Shown here piece by piece: positions 1 through 7,697 of a stretch of DNA of 39,156 bases; the first letter of the stretch is position 1, and each line of letters starts with the position of its first letter. The DNA is from a virus (taxonomy: Duplodnaviria; Caudoviricetes). The notes below the pieces were generated by a model. That model had not been told where the DNA came from. It saw only the letters and a program-made list of their open reading frames with translations, and ran no database searches. The translations under genes and the position numbers were made by a program. Where the stretch lies: the IMG/VR virus record IMGVR_UViG_3300048599_000915, positions 1 to 39,156 of that record. One strand, written 5' to 3'.

Positions 1-96
1 TCATTGCCGCGCCCGCCACAGAGCGAACAGCAGGAACCCCGCTACTCCGATCAGCGCCACAATGTGGCGAGCCTCGCTCAGGTGTACCTCGGTCAT
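1..96 (-). CDS. Small single-TM membrane peptide (31 aa, MTEVHLSEARHIVALIGVAGFLLFALWRARQ)
   Basis: Read by eye; ATGA overlap with the stop of the upstream gene at 93-96; hydrophobic core followed by basic tail. Confidence 0.6.
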   Translation of the reverse strand: MTEVHLSEARHIVALIGVAGFLLFALWRARQ

Positions 97-395
97 GTCA
101 CCAACGTCTCGCTGCCGTTCGGCCAGCGCGGCGACTTCATGTCGTCTGGGGTAAGCTCGTTCCGGCTAAGCTGCGCCGCCACGCGCTCCCACGGGAGACT
201 CCTGATCCGGCTCCTGGGCTCGGAAAGGGCGACGAGGGGCGCGACCGCGGCGAAGGCCGCTTCGCTGGTCACGGCGTCGTTGCCGTCCGCCAGATGCTGA
301 ACGGCCTCGGTGGCGGCTCTGTAGACCGCGCCCGCCTCAACCCGCCAGGGCAGATCGATCTCGGGCTGGGCCGGCCTTTTCGCGCGCCGGCTCAT
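93..395 (-). CDS. Hypothetical protein (100 aa, MSRRAKRPAQPEIDLPW...)
   Basis: ATGA coupling at both ends (392-395 and 93-96). Confidence 0.65.
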   Translation of the reverse strand: MSRRAKRPAQPEIDLPWRVEAGAVYRAATEAVQHLADGNDAVTSEAAFAAVAPLVALSEPRSRIRSLPWERVAAQLSRNELTPDDMKSPRWPNGSETLVT

Positions 396-661
396 TCCTG
401 CCCCGTCTGAACGATGTTCCAGCCCATCGCGCGGGCGGTGGCCTCGAATGCCTGCCATTCCCGCGCCTTGTCCGTGATGGGCTGACCTTCGAGCTTGCGC
501 CAGGCTGCGGTGAAATGACGGTAGGCGGCCCGACACTGGGGCGTGTCGCCCTCGCGAATCATCTGCACAACGGCGGCGATGTTGACGGCGATCCCGCCGT
601 CGACCGGCGCGGCGATAGCGCGGGGCGCTCCCAAGTCGGGGTGCAATTTTGTCTGCGTCAT
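392..661 (-). CDS. Hypothetical protein (89 aa)
   Basis: ORF coupled by ATGA overlaps within the leftward operon. Confidence 0.7.
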   Translation of the reverse strand: MTQTKLHPDLGAPRAIAAPVDGGIAVNIAAVVQMIREGDTPQCRAAYRHFTAAWRKLEGQPITDKAREWQAFEATARAMGWNIVQTGQE

Positions 662-1068
662 CGCGCCTTCACCCCGTGAATATCGATCCCCAACTCCCGC
701 GCCCGGCGGATCAGCGGCATCATCTTGTCCACGCGGGCGAGCACTGCGGCCTGACGGTCCTTCTGACCGTCTTCCTGGTTGCGGAGCTGCATGAGTTGGA
801 TGACGAGCGGCAGGCCCACCCGGTTATTGGCCCAGCGGCCCCGGCCGTTATGGCCTCGCCCGAGTGAGACCGCCTTCCCCGCCTTCGCCAGGCCAGCCAG
901 GCCGCGCTGCGCGGCGCTGATCTGGGCGTTGCTGATGATGCGGCGGTGCTCCTCGTCCGGCTCCACGGCGTAGGCGGCGGCGGCCAGCTCGAAGGTGTCC
1001 ATGGTCAGGGGTGACGCCTCCAAGAGGCGCAGCAGCTCGACCTGCAGTTTTCCCGGGCCGCGGCTCAT
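658..1068 (-). CDS. Hypothetical protein, possibly winged-helix (MSRGPGKLQVELLRLL...)
   Basis: Probable ATG at 1068 with GAGG upstream; stop overlaps the next start. Confidence 0.65.
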   Translation of the reverse strand: MSRGPGKLQVELLRLLEASPLTMDTFELAAAAYAVEPDEEHRRIISNAQISAAQRGLAGLAKAGKAVSLGRGHNGRGRWANNRVGLPLVIQLMQLRNQEDGQKDRQAAVLARVDKMMPLIRRARELGIDIHGVKAR

Positions 1069-1112
1069 AAGCGTTGGCCTCGCGCGGATGTGGTCGTGAG
1101 ACCAACGCTTAT
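1067..1112 (-). promoter_or_regulatory. 18-bp RNA hairpin covering the SD and start of gene 658-1068
   Basis: ATAAGCGTTGGCCTCGCG-N10-CGTGAGACCAACGCTTAT; on the minus-strand RNA there is one G-U pair and one mismatch. Confidence 0.7.
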
Positions 1113-2350
1113 CATGCACTCCTCCGCTTCCTGCACTTCCGAAACCAGACCCCCGCCTGGGCCTTCCACAGCGGGATGCACTTGGTGGCGGCCAGCTCCT
1201 TGGCGTCCTTCTGCCAGGCGCCGGCGCTGATCTTGATGGCGGCCGCGAGGTGCTCCCCGCCCAGCGGCAGGGGCTCCAGGTCGTTCGCATAGTCGGGGTC
1301 GGTGAACAGCAGCTCGGCCGCCTTCACGTCGTTCGCGGTGATCGGCGCCAGCTCGGCGGCGACGAGCGCCTGCAGGATCTCGCGGGCCTTCAGCGCGCCG
1401 CGGCGGCCGATCAGGGCGTTGATCGCGCCCACGGCCATGGTGTCGCCGGCGACGTAGTTGCGGGAGCCGTAGGGGTTTCGCAGGACCGTCACCCCCGCAC
1501 GGGCGCAGACCTGCTGCACCGTCAGGGCCTCAGGATCACCGGCGGCCACCATCGCGTGGTGGACCTCCAGCGCCCCGACGGCGAGCCGGTCCCGGTTGTG
1601 GCCGACGAAGGCGCTGGCCCGATCCTGCACCTCCTGCGCCTCCACGACCACGCAGGGAATGCGCTCGATTCCGCCGTGGGTGGCGGCAGCGATGGCAGTG
1701 TGCTGGCCGTCGATCACTTCGAAGCCGGCGTCGCTCCAAGCGACGATGGGCGGCTTGAACCTCCGCCAGTCCCACCCCTCGACGATGCGCCGGATCAGCT
1801 TTAGCGACTTGTCGGACAGGTCACGCTGATAGGCCGGGTCCACCAGCAGGTCGGTCGGCGGCAGCATCTCGATAGTCGGAGCGGCCGTGGGCGGCGTGCC
1901 GGGCTTCAGGTCGGGCAGGTCCAGGGCGGCGACCGGCCGCAGAACCTGCGTCGCAACGTCGGACGCAGGTTGTTGTGTCGCATGGTTGGACAGAACAAAG
2001 CCTGTCGCATCGTCGGACGATACTTCATTCGTCGCATCATTGGACGAATGATCGGCGTCTCTCGGTTGGACGCCGATCTCGGCAAGGGGTGCAGCCTCGT
2101 TCTCTCCGGCCTGGAGAGGCTGCGCATCCGGGTGACCGGGCGGCGCCACGGCCGTCGTCGCAACCTCCGGCGGGGGTGCGGGACGGGGGCGCGGCGCCTC
2201 CTCCGAAGCTCGTTGTCGGGCGTGTGGGGCCGCCGCATCGGCAGCGGCTCGATGGTCCGCCCTTACCCGGGCCTCCTCTTCCGGAGAGGCCCAAGGCGTC
2301 CGCCCCGGGGGCGGGTCGCCCATCAGAGCGCCGGTGACGGACTTGGCCAC
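1112..2350 (-). CDS. ParB/Srx-like N-terminal-domain protein (DUF6551-like) with a low-complexity N-terminal extension
   Basis: LLVDPAYQRDL...IVEGWDWRRFKPPIV...VIDGQHTAIAA motif typical of ParB-like domains. Confidence 0.8.
   Translation of the reverse strand: MAKSVTGALMGDPPPGRTPWASPEEEARVRADHRAAADAAAPHARQRASEEAPRPRPAPPPEVATTAVAPPGHPDAQPLQAGENEAAPLAEIGVQPRDADHSSNDATNEVSSDDATGFVLSNHATQQPASDVATQVLRPVAALDLPDLKPGTPPTAAPTIEMLPPTDLLVDPAYQRDLSDKSLKLIRRIVEGWDWRRFKPPIVAWSDAGFEVIDGQHTAIAAATHGGIERIPCVVVEAQEVQDRASAFVGHNRDRLAVGALEVHHAMVAAGDPEALTVQQVCARAGVTVLRNPYGSRNYVAGDTMAVGAINALIGRRGALKAREILQALVAAELAPITANDVKAAELLFTDPDYANDLEPLPLGGEHLAAAIKISAGAWQKDAKELAATKCIPLWKAQAGVWFRKCRKRRSA
1950..2046. repeat. Four direct repeats GTCGCA(t)nnT(c/t)GGAC at an exact 27-bp period
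   Basis: gtcgcaacgtcggac 1950, gtcgcatggttggac 1977, gtcgcatcgtcggac 2004, gtcgcatcattggac 2031. Confidence 0.85.
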
Positions 2351-2511
2351 TACCGGGCCTCCCAGCGTTCGAGGTTCGCCCGAGCCTTGGCGATCAACAG
2401 CAGCCGGCGCTCATGGTGCGCCAGCAGGTCGTCGCCGAGTTCGGCCAACTCAGGGTCGTTGGTCTCGGCGGCTAGCTCCTTCAGCCGCGCTGCGATTTCG
2501 GGGAAGGTCAC
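2350..2511 (-). CDS. Hypothetical helical protein (53 aa, GTG start)
   Basis: GTGA overlap at 2508-2511; stop overlaps the GTG start of the ParB-like gene. Confidence 0.65.
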   Translation of the reverse strand: MTFPEIAARLKELAAETNDPELAELGDDLLAHHERRLLLIAKARANLERWEAR

Positions 2512-2666
2512 CGCCGCCACCCCGCGATCGCCCAGGCCAGCATTACGACGCCATACCCCAGTAGGATCGATCCCGCCGCTAAGCGGAGGGAGGGCGCGCC
2601 GGGAAGCAGGACAACAACGCCAACACTGATTAGACCCCCACCAAGGAGCGCGACGACGGTGCTCAT
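2508..2666 (-). CDS. Small two-TM membrane protein (52 aa)
   Basis: MSTVVALLGGGLISVGVVVLL...SILLGYGVVMLAWAIAGWRR; ATGA coupling. Confidence 0.7.
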   Translation of the reverse strand: MSTVVALLGGGLISVGVVVLLPGAPSLRLAAGSILLGYGVVMLAWAIAGWRR

Positions 2667-3031
2667 GCCGCAGCCAACGCCAGCGGCGCCGCCTCCTCGA
2701 CCTGTCCGATATCGAAGTCGAAGCCGCGGCTGAAAAGACGCGCTTTCTCGCCCGGCCACATTCCGTCGAACCGGATCTCCGCGACCTTCCAGCCGCAGAC
2801 GTTGGCGTTGAAGTAGTCGCGCGGGACAACGTGCTCGCCATAGAGCGGGTTGGGCCGGAACAGGCGGACGCCACCCGGCACGGTCTGGGCGAGATAGATC
2901 GCCCCGTCCGTCATGGCGTACATGCCGTCCCAGTGTTTCCGGTCGCACGGCTCGAAGATGAGCATGTCGCCGGTACGGAGGGGCTCCAGCGCGTCGCCCA
3001 GCACCTCGCGGATGAAGGGGCGGCGGTTCAC
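2663..3031 (-). CDS. Stand-alone S24/LexA-type peptidase-like domain, apparently inactive (122 aa)
   Basis: EVLGDALEP-LRTGDMLIF...DGMYAM...VRLFRPNPLY...VCGWKV fits the S24 pattern (V.GDSMEP....GD...L..DNP.Y...I.G.V); GTGA coupling. Confidence 0.65.
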   Translation of the reverse strand: MNRRPFIREVLGDALEPLRTGDMLIFEPCDRKHWDGMYAMTDGAIYLAQTVPGGVRLFRPNPLYGEHVVPRDYFNANVCGWKVAEIRFDGMWPGEKARLFSRGFDFDIGQVEEAAPLALAAA

Positions 3032-4752
3032 GACGCCACCCCTTCGGTCTGTGCTACGACTTCGATGGGCGCCGGAGGCTCGACCATGATGCAGCGGAGC
3101 GCGGGCCAACCCTGCGGGCTCGACCGCACGACCTTCGACTCGTCGCCGACGACGATGTGGGTGTGTTCGCGGCCGTCGCCGCGCGGACCCCGCAGGCCAC
3201 ACTCGGTTAGCCAGTATTGGCCCCCTTGGCGCTTCACCACGTATTCCAAGAGCGCGGCCTTGGCGCCGTTATTGCGCTTCAGCCAGCCACGAAGTGGCGC
3301 GAGGTAGTAGGGCGCGCTGTGGTCGAGAAACTCGCCTAGCCAGAGCGCATCGTGGTTTGCGTGCGCCGTGCCGCCGCAGCTTTCGAACTCGGCGAGCCAG
3401 CCTTCGGGGGTGAAGTTGGCACCCAGTACCTCGCGCTGATGCTCGTCCCGATCCTTCGCGGCTTGCTGCACCATCTGGCGTTTCCAGGTGGGCAGCTCCT
3501 CCCAGAGTCGGGTGCCGAGCGCGGGCAGCTTGCCCATTCTGTCCCACTTGGCTTCCAGATCGGCGATGCGCTCGGCGTCGCCCTCGTAGACCTCCGCGAT
3601 CTGATCTCGCGAGCCCATGATGAAGGGCTTGGTGAAGTGGTGGGTCTCGACGATGCCGGGGTGGGCCACGACCATCTTTTCCCGGTAGGCGGCGATCCGG
3701 TCGGGCTCGTTGACGGCGAAGTCTTCGGTCTCGACCCCTTCCGGCCCATAAGCCTCCTTGCCTCGGTACTCGGGGCCGTAGGGCCCAATCTCGTGGCCAG
3801 GGTACCGCTCAAAGGCGACGATCCATTCGCGGGCGCTGAAGGGCTGGACCGCCAGGATCGGGTGGTTCGGCTCGACCAGCCGCACGGCGTCCATGTAGAT
3901 GCGGGCGTCGCGGATCTGGTCGGCGTCCTCTGAAGAGAGAAGTTCCTGGATCCAGAGCGGATCGTCGGGGTCGGTGTCCGTGGTGTTGTCGTAGGCGGTC
4001 GCGAGATGAAGGCGGAGCTTCACGCGGAGGGCCTGCACGTTGGGCGCCGGTAGGTCGAACAGGTCGCGCTTGGCATATCGAGCGTCGGCCGCAGCCTCTT
4101 CGCGGCCCCCGGAAAGCTCTTCCAGGTTTTCGGCGGCGAGGGCGGCGGCATAGCGTGCGTCCCACTCGCGGAACACGTTCAGCAAATCGGCCTTTTCCGG
4201 GAAGGACAGGCCGGGAGCGGTGGAAATCTGGCTCTCGACCCAGATGTTCCTCGCCTCAAGCACCTCAGGCCGGGGTGCCGCCTGCAGCGCACGTTCATTG
4301 GCCGCGTTCTCTTCTTCCTGGGCCCGCTCGGACTCGGCGAGCTTGGCGACGTAGTCGGCCAGGGCGTCGTCCCAGGGGGTGGTTGACGCTGCGGGTAAGG
4401 GCGCGCCAGCCAGCGCCTTCACAAGCTGCAGCACATGCTCGTCGAAGGTGCCCCGGACCTCTTCCTTCTCGACCTCTTTCAGGCCGTTGCCGCCCCAAAT
4501 CGCGGCGCGGGCCTTGACCGCGTACCCAGCGACGGTGTGCGCGAGGGCGCGCATGATCGCGTCGGCAACCGCGCAGCTCTCAACTGTCGCGCGTTCTAGT
4601 TCATCGCCGCTGGCTTCCTGTTCGATCGCCCAGAGGCGTTCCAGCTCCGCGCCCATGGCGATGAGCGCCCGGTCCTGCGGATCCGCCGTCGGCGGCGGGG
4701 TGGTGTCCGTCTGGCCTTCGTCGGCCGGGGTCTCTATGGTTTGGTCGCTCAT
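3028..4752 (-). CDS. Modular acidic hypothetical protein (574 aa)
   Basis: Long ORF; two related helical modules (ALAHTVAGYAVKARA / LPAPNVQALRVKLRL) resembling alphaproteobacterial prophage proteins. Confidence 0.8.
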   Translation of the reverse strand: MSDQTIETPADEGQTDTTPPPTADPQDRALIAMGAELERLWAIEQEASGDELERATVESCAVADAIMRALAHTVAGYAVKARAAIWGGNGLKEVEKEEVRGTFDEHVLQLVKALAGAPLPAASTTPWDDALADYVAKLAESERAQEEENAANERALQAAPRPEVLEARNIWVESQISTAPGLSFPEKADLLNVFREWDARYAAALAAENLEELSGGREEAAADARYAKRDLFDLPAPNVQALRVKLRLHLATAYDNTTDTDPDDPLWIQELLSSEDADQIRDARIYMDAVRLVEPNHPILAVQPFSAREWIVAFERYPGHEIGPYGPEYRGKEAYGPEGVETEDFAVNEPDRIAAYREKMVVAHPGIVETHHFTKPFIMGSRDQIAEVYEGDAERIADLEAKWDRMGKLPALGTRLWEELPTWKRQMVQQAAKDRDEHQREVLGANFTPEGWLAEFESCGGTAHANHDALWLGEFLDHSAPYYLAPLRGWLKRNNGAKAALLEYVVKRQGGQYWLTECGLRGPRGDGREHTHIVVGDESKVVRSSPQGWPALRCIMVEPPAPIEVVAQTEGVAS

Positions 4753-4753
4753 C

Positions 4754-4918
4754 TTAGGATGCCCTCCAGAGGTGATGCATTGGGGCGAGCGTTTGAGCTG
4801 CCAGGCACGGCGCTCGCCCCTTTGCGGTTTCGGCGGCCGGAGCCGCCACGGTGAAAGCCACCCAGATGACCAGGGCCACCAGGATCAGCTCGAAGCTGTG
4901 GTGCAGGGCGGTGCGCAT
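4754..4918 (-). CDS. Small membrane or secreted protein (54 aa, MRTALHHSFELILVALVIWVAF...)
   Basis: TGATG coupling; hydrophobic N-terminus. Confidence 0.6.
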   Translation of the reverse strand: MRTALHHSFELILVALVIWVAFTVAAPAAETAKGRAPCLAAQTLAPMHHLWRAS

Positions 4919-5256
4919 CAGGCGGCCCGCCACATCTGCGTCGGCCGCATGTGGGCCTGACGGTTCTTGCTGGTGGTGAACCCCGCCGGCGCGATCAGCC
5001 CAGACTTGGACGCCTTCTGCAGCACCCCACCCCAGGCTCGGAGGTCGGGCGGTGTCGGCAGGCCGCGCTCGTAGGCGAAGGCCCGCACCTCCTCGGCGAG
5101 AAAGGTCCGGCCAGGGTTGGCGGCCATGAACTTCAGGAGGAAGTCGAGCGCAGACGTCGACCACAACGGATCGACGCTGTCGGCGTGCGCGGCCGCGACC
5201 TGGATCGCGGCGTCGCGGACCTCGAACAGCTCGGACTGGTTGGCGGAGATCGGCAT
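4918..5256 (-). CDS. Conserved phage hypothetical protein, winged-helix-like (112 aa)
   Basis: GLPTPPDLRAWGGVLQKASKSGLI...G...S.NRQAH.RP...W motif; TGATG coupling. Confidence 0.75.
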   Translation of the reverse strand: MPISANQSELFEVRDAAIQVAAAHADSVDPLWSTSALDFLLKFMAANPGRTFLAEEVRAFAYERGLPTPPDLRAWGGVLQKASKSGLIAPAGFTTSKNRQAHMRPTQMWRAA

Positions 5257-5723
5257 CACGCGGCCACCTTCAGGCGGACCTCGGACAGCCAAGACCGGTG
5301 GTCGATCCAGGCGTCGAAATCGAGCCGGCCGAGGTGCCTCGGAGGCCCATCGCGGTAGCCGCCGAGGGCGGTGATCGCGGCGTGGCACAGCACGGCGGCG
5401 AGGGTCTGATCCGCGTCGGGGCGGTTCAGTCCGAGGGCGTGCATGACGGCGCCCGCCACCCTCACGCCGGCGTTGCAGCTCTTGCAGGCAGGGGTGTAGT
5501 CGGGCTTCAGCGCCAGATCGGCGCGGCGCTCGCCGCGGCAGGCGAGCCGGGCGGCGCGGTAGGCGACCCGCCACCGCAGCCGCCCCACTTCATCCGCGAA
5601 ATAGAACTCGGTCAGGCCGCCCTGAAAGACGTTGTTGTCTTCGACAACATCGACTTCGACAACGGCCCGGTCTTCGTACTCGGGCCCCTGGTAGCATTCG
5701 GCGGCGTATATGCAGCGCGGCAT
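5256..5723 (-). CDS. First gene of the PL operon, hypothetical (155 aa)
   Basis: GGAGG SD upstream of ATG 5723; lies directly downstream of the operator/promoter. Confidence 0.75.
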   Translation of the reverse strand: MPRCIYAAECYQGPEYEDRAVVEVDVVEDNNVFQGGLTEFYFADEVGRLRWRVAYRAARLACRGERRADLALKPDYTPACKSCNAGVRVAGAVMHALGLNRPDADQTLAAVLCHAAITALGGYRDGPPRHLGRLDFDAWIDHRSWLSEVRLKVAA

Positions 5724-5744
5724 GGCGTCCTCCGTGGATGGAGG

Positions 5745-5790
5745 ACCGTCGCATGAATGCGACTATGGGGCAAGCGCATTCGTGCGACTA
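5745..5790 (-). promoter_or_regulatory. PL-like promoter with two repressor operators
   Basis: Perfect palindrome GTCGCATGAATGCGAC (5748-5763) and AGCGCATTCGTGCGAC (5773-5788); minus strand TTGCCC-N17-GACGGT. Confidence 0.8.
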
Positions 5791-6501
5791 AATTGCTGTC
5801 AGGTAGCTCCGACTGCGATAAGAGGCGACGATCTGGCCAGCGAGGCGGACTTGATAACCCCCCAGCTCGACGGTCTCCCCCCTGGGAAGCGTAAGATGTT
5901 GAGGCGCAGAAGACGGATCGCCCACGGCGACAAGCTCAACGTCGTGCGCCGCCCGAGCTCTCCCGACGAACGAGAAAATCCTCATCTCTGAAGCTCCGTC
6001 CTGGGGCGACACCCATTCGACGAGCAAGTGCTCGCCCGTGGGGGCGCCCAGGTAGATCGAGGGTCCTTCGAGCTCGACGACGTGGACGATATCCCCGTCC
6101 CGGTACTCGGGTTCCGCTGACCGTCCACGGACCCGAGCAGCCCACTGTGTCGCGTCGATTGTTGGGGCTCTGTAGAAGGGGCCAGCGTCGTTGAGGTTGA
6201 AGCGGCTGTCCTCGGGGTAGTGCAGGGAACCGCGACCGATATCTCGCCGGACAGGCAAGATTACGAGCGGGCGAGTTACGAGCAAATCCTCGTCGACCGT
6301 GGGGAAATGGTAGACCTGCAATAACGCTTCGGCGAGCTTCTCCATCGTTCTGGTTGATGGCGTGAACTCGTAATCGTCGCTCACGAGGCGGTGGATCGTC
6401 GCCTTATGCACACCGGACAGCCGCGCAATCTCCGCGACTGTTATGTCGCGGCTTTGGATCGCGCTGCGAAGCCTTTCTCTCAATTCGACGGCCTGACTCA
6501 T
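5788..6501 (-). CDS. cI: CI-like repressor: XRE HTH plus S24-like C-terminal domain (237 aa)
   Basis: ITVAEIARLSGVHKATIHRL HTH; RVRGRSAEPEYRDGDIVHV S24 motif; divergent from a cro-like gene. Start reassigned to ATG 6501. Confidence 0.85.
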   Translation of the reverse strand: MSQAVELRERLRSAIQSRDITVAEIARLSGVHKATIHRLVSDDYEFTPSTRTMEKLAEALLQVYHFPTVDEDLLVTRPLVILPVRRDIGRGSLHYPEDSRFNLNDAGPFYRAPTIDATQWAARVRGRSAEPEYRDGDIVHVVELEGPSIYLGAPTGEHLLVEWVSPQDGASEMRIFSFVGRARAAHDVELVAVGDPSSAPQHLTLPRGETVELGGYQVRLAGQIVASYRSRSYLTAI

Positions 6502-6592
6502 GCTGTCGCATTTGCACGATGGAATAACAGGATGGCTAGTCGCATCTATGCGCTTGCTTTTGTCGCATTCGTGCGTCACCCTTACCTCCGCC
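6502..6592. promoter_or_regulatory. OR/PR-PRM region with three operators
   Basis: gtcgcatttgcacgat 6505, gtcgcatctatgcgct 6539, gtcgcattcgtgcgtc 6562; TTGCTT-N17-CACCCT toward cro. Confidence 0.8.
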
Positions 6593-6793
6593 ATGACTGA
6601 CCCCATTCAAGAGTTTGAAGCCGACTGCGCCGCTGCGGGGGTCGCTCCCTTAGACGCCTGCATCAAAGGCGGCGTTCACCGCGCCACGTGGTTTCGCTGG
6701 AAGAAAAAGGACGGGGGCACGCTTCCGAACCTGCGAAACTTGGAAAAGGCGCGCCGCGGCCTTGAGGAGTTGGCTCAAGAAGCGACGGCGTAG
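6593..6793 (+). CDS. cro: Cro-like HTH protein (66 aa)
   Basis: AGVAPLDACIKGGVHRATWFRWK...PNLRNLEK HTH; divergent from cI; recognition helix resembles that of cI (GVHKAT vs GVHRAT). Confidence 0.8.
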   Translation: MTDPIQEFEADCAAAGVAPLDACIKGGVHRATWFRWKKKDGGTLPNLRNLEKARRGLEELAQEATA

Positions 6794-6960
6794 CCATGCC
6801 GACGCCGAACTCACAAGATCACCCGCCCGTTCCTAAAGGGCGCACAGCCGGCCGGCGCCTGAACGCCCGGGCAGGTCGTTTCTCCACCGGACGGGTCGGG
6901 TCGGGGCGCGGAAACGCACCCCACATCGTAGGGACCGGTGATGCTCGGGAAGGCCGGCAT

Positions 6961-7167
6961 TTAAACAGCGCGACGCGGCCGGGGCGCCAACCCCGACCGT
7001 CGCACGATAGCCCTGAGGGCCACGCTGGCCTTCATGTGATGTTTGTCCGCCAGGGATCGCCAAATCTCCGCGGACGCTGGATCTCGCCGCCCTGCCGCCA
7101 AGCACGCTGCGGACGTGATCGCTTCCTTGATCGCAGTCAGAACCAGGGGGTCATCAGCCTCCGTCAC
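6961..7167 (-). CDS. Possible antisense small protein (68 aa)
   Basis: Helical-looking ORF in the cro-cII gap; a competing + strand ORF (6796-7203) looks like shadow sequence. Confidence 0.3.
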   Translation of the reverse strand: MTEADDPLVLTAIKEAITSAACLAAGRRDPASAEIWRSLADKHHMKASVALRAIVRRSGLAPRPRRAV

Positions 7168-7214
7168 CGTCAGCTCCGCCGCCCGAGGTCGCTTTCAAAA
7201 TGAAGGTGACCTCG

Positions 7215-7697
7215 ATGGAAATCCGCACCAACGAAGTGGGCGGTCTCCCCAGCCTGGGGCTTGACCGCGCGACCCGCGACGCCTTGGCGACCTACGTCAG
7301 GATCCGATTCCCCGCCGGAACGGTGAAGGCCGTTGCCCGCGAGTTCGACCTGACCCTGGACGAAGCGAAGGGTCTGGTATCCGGCCGGCCGTCGCAGACC
7401 ACGGTCGACAAGGTCTGGAAGCACCCCCGCGGCGGATGGGCCGTGATCTTGCCCGTCCTGGGCGCCGTCGTGGGGCACGGCGTCGAGGGCTACCTCCAAC
7501 AACAACGGGTGGAACATGCCAGGATGGCTCGTCGCCACGGCGCGGTGGTGCGTGATCTGCGCAATCTTGTGGCCCCTCCTCGCGATCTTGATCGCCGCGA
7601 ACTGGATCACCAGGGGTCTGCACGACGGGACGCTGGCGGCGCTGGAATGGACGCTCAGCGTGCATCAGCGACTGACGCGCACGGGGTCGCGCGATGA
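7215..7697 (+). CDS. CII-like HTH regulator
   Basis: RFPAGTVKAVAREFDLTLDEAKGLVSG HTH; position between cro and the replication genes; AAGGTG SD. Confidence 0.65.
   Translation: MEIRTNEVGGLPSLGLDRATRDALATYVRIRFPAGTVKAVAREFDLTLDEAKGLVSGRPSQTTVDKVWKHPRGGWAVILPVLGAVVGHGVEGYLQQQRVEHARMARRHGAVVRDLRNLVAPPRDLDRRELDHQGSARRDAGGAGMDAQRASATDAHGVAR

Noticed and set aside
1950-2046. Mini-CRISPR interpretation of the 27-bp periodic repeats
   Set aside because: Repeats (15 bp, degenerate) and spacers (12 bp) are far too short, lie in frame within a CDS, and no cas genes are present
6502-6606. ORF-track N-terminal extensions of cI (6606) and cro (6500)
   Set aside because: They run through the operator/promoter region and overlap each other; the HTH domains begin after ATG 6501 and ATG 6593
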